From Lepidodermella squamata (Eukaryota; Animalia; Gastrotricha): DNA of 64,000 nucleotides. The notes beneath the pieces were generated by a model. The model saw only the letters and a program-made list of their open reading frames with translations. It had not been told where the DNA came from and did no database searches. Location: contig JBLDXI010000020.1 of assembly GCA_047495785.1 (NCBI GenBank), positions 2,976,001 to 3,040,000 on the forward strand, written 5' to 3'. How positions within the stretch are numbered: position 1 is the stretch's first letter; each line of letters starts with the position of its first letter. Shown here in pieces: positions 61,301 through 64,000 of this stretch. A program made the translations under genes and the position numbers.

Positions 61301-62437
61301 CACAGAAGTACAGCTTTTACAGAAATGAGCTTATACTACGATTATTTCTGATGATTATTTTTGAATTTATTTTATTCTATTAGGACCAATGGCGATAGAG
61401 CTGTGACGATGGAGCGGTTGTTTTCGCTACTCGTTAACGATTTGCTAGGCAGTGACGAGGCCGAGGACGATTTTCTAGCGCAGTTTACCTCGCAAAACGG
61501 TGCGAATAACGAAACACTGGACGCGACGCTCGACGATTTGCTGAATATAACGAGCCAACTCGTAGTAGTCGAGTGCATAGCGCTGCTGTTTTATACGCTA
61601 TACGAAGTGAGTTTCCTATTAGAATTGGTTCAATTTTTCACGTGATCGAGGATTCCATTTAAAAAAATACTTCTGTAACCTCAGAAATAATCAGTCGTAA
61701 ACCCCTTTGGGAAATGGACAAGAAGTTCTGGGAAAAATCGAAATAAAATCGGCAAAAAATTTTGAAAATTAAATTCGACCATTTAGACTTGACTTTTCAG
61801 TATTTTCGAAATTTTCCAGTATTTTCGAAATTTTTTATTTCTATGTTCAACGCACTGTAATTTAAAATTGAAAGTTGGAATCAAAATTCGTTAAGAAATA
61901 TCGAGCACATAAATTATAATTTGAAAACGACAGAAAAATATTTGCATTTTCACATTTCAGGTTGTTGGTTTGTGCCGACCTGTCGGTGTGCGGCGAGTGG
62001 GCGGTGCTACCGTGGGCAAATCGCTCATGGGCCTTAAAGTTATCCAGCACGACATTGCGCGAATGCGCGCCGGCAACCAGCCGAATACGGTGATCGTGCA
62101 AAACGCGCAGACGCTATCGGTTTGGCGCGCCTTCCTGCGGTCGGTCATCAAAAATTTCTCCGCCTCGGTCATGTTCCCGGCGTCGCTGACTGTGTTTTTC
62201 TACTCGCATCGCCTTGCGGTTTACGACATTTTGGCGGCTTCTACGGTGGTCGAAGCGGCTTCAGGTGAATATCATTTTCTTATTGAAGATGAAAATACAA
62301 AATTTGAGCGGAATATTATGAAAAATATTTTTCCATTTTTTCAAATTTATGGAAAATATTTGAAAATTGTTTTTTTTAAGAATTATTATATTTTTTTAAT
62401 ATTTTTCAGAACGCGAAGTGACCAACGAGCATGCTGA
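58309..62437 (+). CDS. FAM8A1: FAM8A1-like RDD-domain membrane protein
   Basis: Pro/Ala-rich N-terminus, A.EY...V.EW, YRIPSLWRRVAAECID, LFYTLYE, GGATVGKSLMGLKVI, RAFLRSVIKNFS, RLAVYDILAASTVVE; five exons. Confidence 0.75.
59132..60740. mobile_element. 1.6-kb non-autonomous Tc2/pogo-like element containing tRNA-like units, in FAM8A1 intron 1
   Basis: TA-CCGTAAGCTGGTCTTATTTCGGAC ... GTCCGAAATGAGACCAGCTTACGG-TA; subterminal repeats of TGTCCG..AAT/ATTTCGGACA. Confidence 0.85.
59830..59900 (-). pseudogene. tRNA-like pseudogene (best of 3-4 degenerate units at 59424-60019)
   Basis: Reverse complement GCCCTTGTAGTCTAGTGGTTAG...TGGTTCGATGCCTGCCTGGTGC has Pol III A-box and B-box at tRNA spacing, but the acceptor and anticodon stems pair poorly. 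Confidence 0.55.
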
Positions 62438-64000
62438 TTGAACGCATTTGTATAAATTGGATATGAAAAAAAATTTGGCATCATATAAAAGTTATTTGTT
62501 ATTATAAATGCTATTATATAATCTGCTGTTTCTCGCCCATTTTTCTTGCTTTTTCTCAATGTTGACGATTGATCGGTTTTATGAGAAAGCGGAAAAAAAT
62601 GAATCGGAAGTGTGCATCAATGTGACGAAATGTATTTTGCAAATTTTGCTGCTTGAATAGTTGGGAAAAATCGTGCACGTAAACTCTGTGACATTCATGC
62701 GTGTCCTTATATCATTTGTCGCACCGGAACTTGCAAAATATACCTAATCAACTTGACTCCGGCTGTGTTTCTGGTGACGGGGTTAGACACAAATACTGCG
62801 AAAAATATTTCATTTGTAATAAAAGGCAACAATTGCTTGTTCATAGTCTTGTTTAATGAAGTGCTGGTCGAAGGCTACGCTGCAAAGTAATTTCTGCACG
62901 CAAAGCTGATGATAACGATTAGTACCTTATTAGCTAAACAGGGAACTAATCGTACCCCAGCTGGCACGGCCGAAATGGAAAACCCCAAAAAGCAAATACA
63001 ACGTTTGCCGTAGTTTTACGAGGCTTTCACGGCATAACTTCGTAAAACTTCGTAAAAACGCGGCAAGCCAAAACTGCGGTTAAAGCACGGTAAAGAATGC
63101 TGCAATAGAAACACGGCAAAAATGAATTGAGTAAAAATACAAGTTTCATTGAATTGAGCTACACAAGGATACGCTCGTTTTCTGCTAGTTTTACCGCAAA
63201 AGCAGAAAAAATTGCGCACAAAATGCGAACACCAGTGAATTCAGCGCAACATTCTCTGTAAGACGGAGTGTTCAATCCCGAATTCATGTCTAGCTTAAAA
63301 TTCGTAGAAATGTTCAAAAAATGACTCTTGACATATTTCGACTTTGGTTCCGCAAAAAGCAAATTTGGTTCCACTAAAAGATATTCCCATTTTTTACATA
63401 AATAAAAAATAATTACTAGTGGATCGCACCAACGGAAATGTTTCATCCCGGAGTCATAGCAACAATCAATCGACCAATCAGCGTGCGCGCCCAAGTTCAA
63501 CTTTTTAGTGGTTCCACAATGCTTAACAGCGCCAAAGAAAATTTCACACAAAAATAAAAACAGCGCTCGTTTGAATTAAAGTAAAAATGATGACGCAACA
63601 GCCGAAGTACCTAATTAACATCGATAATATCGAAGTAGCTCGTGTAAATGCGACGACTATCATCTCTATGGTGAACCTGCTGGCCAGGGTTGGTAAGAAA
63701 TGGAATGATGCTGCAACGCATTTTGATCAGATTTGTAATATCATTGCTTGTAAGTCCTTTTTCCCTTCTCTCAGCCAGAGAAACTTGAAGCCTTTATCAT
63801 CTGGCAAAATAATTATAGTATGCTCGCGAAATTGTGTTTAGGATTTTTAGTTACGCTACTACAACGCACGTGGACGGTCACATGATGAACTGCGGGATGT
63901 GCGGGATGACTGCGGGAAGAACTGGTATATTGACGCGCGAGATGGCTAAAAGCAACATCTTCCTTTCTGATGATAGCAATTCTGGCGGTAATATACGCGT

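Noticed and set aside
62500-64000. ORFs 63016-63841
   Set aside because: They overlap MITE-like inverted repeats and show no protein motifs

Overview
AT-rich, compact metazoan (invertebrate) genomic DNA with many 45-70 nt GT-AG introns; not prokaryotic, and no CRISPR, rRNA or intact tRNA was seen. About 17 protein-coding genes can be reconstructed by hand. 2-18.4 kb (minus strand) is a run of predicted pseudoenzymes: three C2H2-zinc-finger + p300/CBP(KAT3)-HAT-like genes lacking the catalytic residues, a NIT-type guanylyl-cyclase-like gene with a degenerate active site, and a NEK-like pseudokinase fused to ankyrin repeats. Then come an orphan single-pass membrane protein, ANKLE1/LEM-3, an orphan putative GPI-anchored protein, two alpha7/ACR-16-like nicotinic receptor subunits, an aldo-keto reductase and a D/D-motif protein. 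A closely spaced plus-strand run follows: EXOC6/Sec15, an NHL-repeat protein, a ZIP transporter and two FAM8A1-like paralogs. Many non-autonomous TIR elements sit in introns, one carrying several degenerate tRNA-like units. The two most striking observations are (1) an nAChR gene with two alternative, same-phase loop C-TM1 cassettes, one alpha-type (YECC) and one non-alpha, so that splicing may switch subunit class, and (2) the ZnF-pseudoHAT family, two members of which are separated by only 27 nt containing AATAAA and a splice acceptor. All homology calls come from motif recognition by eye, without database searches.
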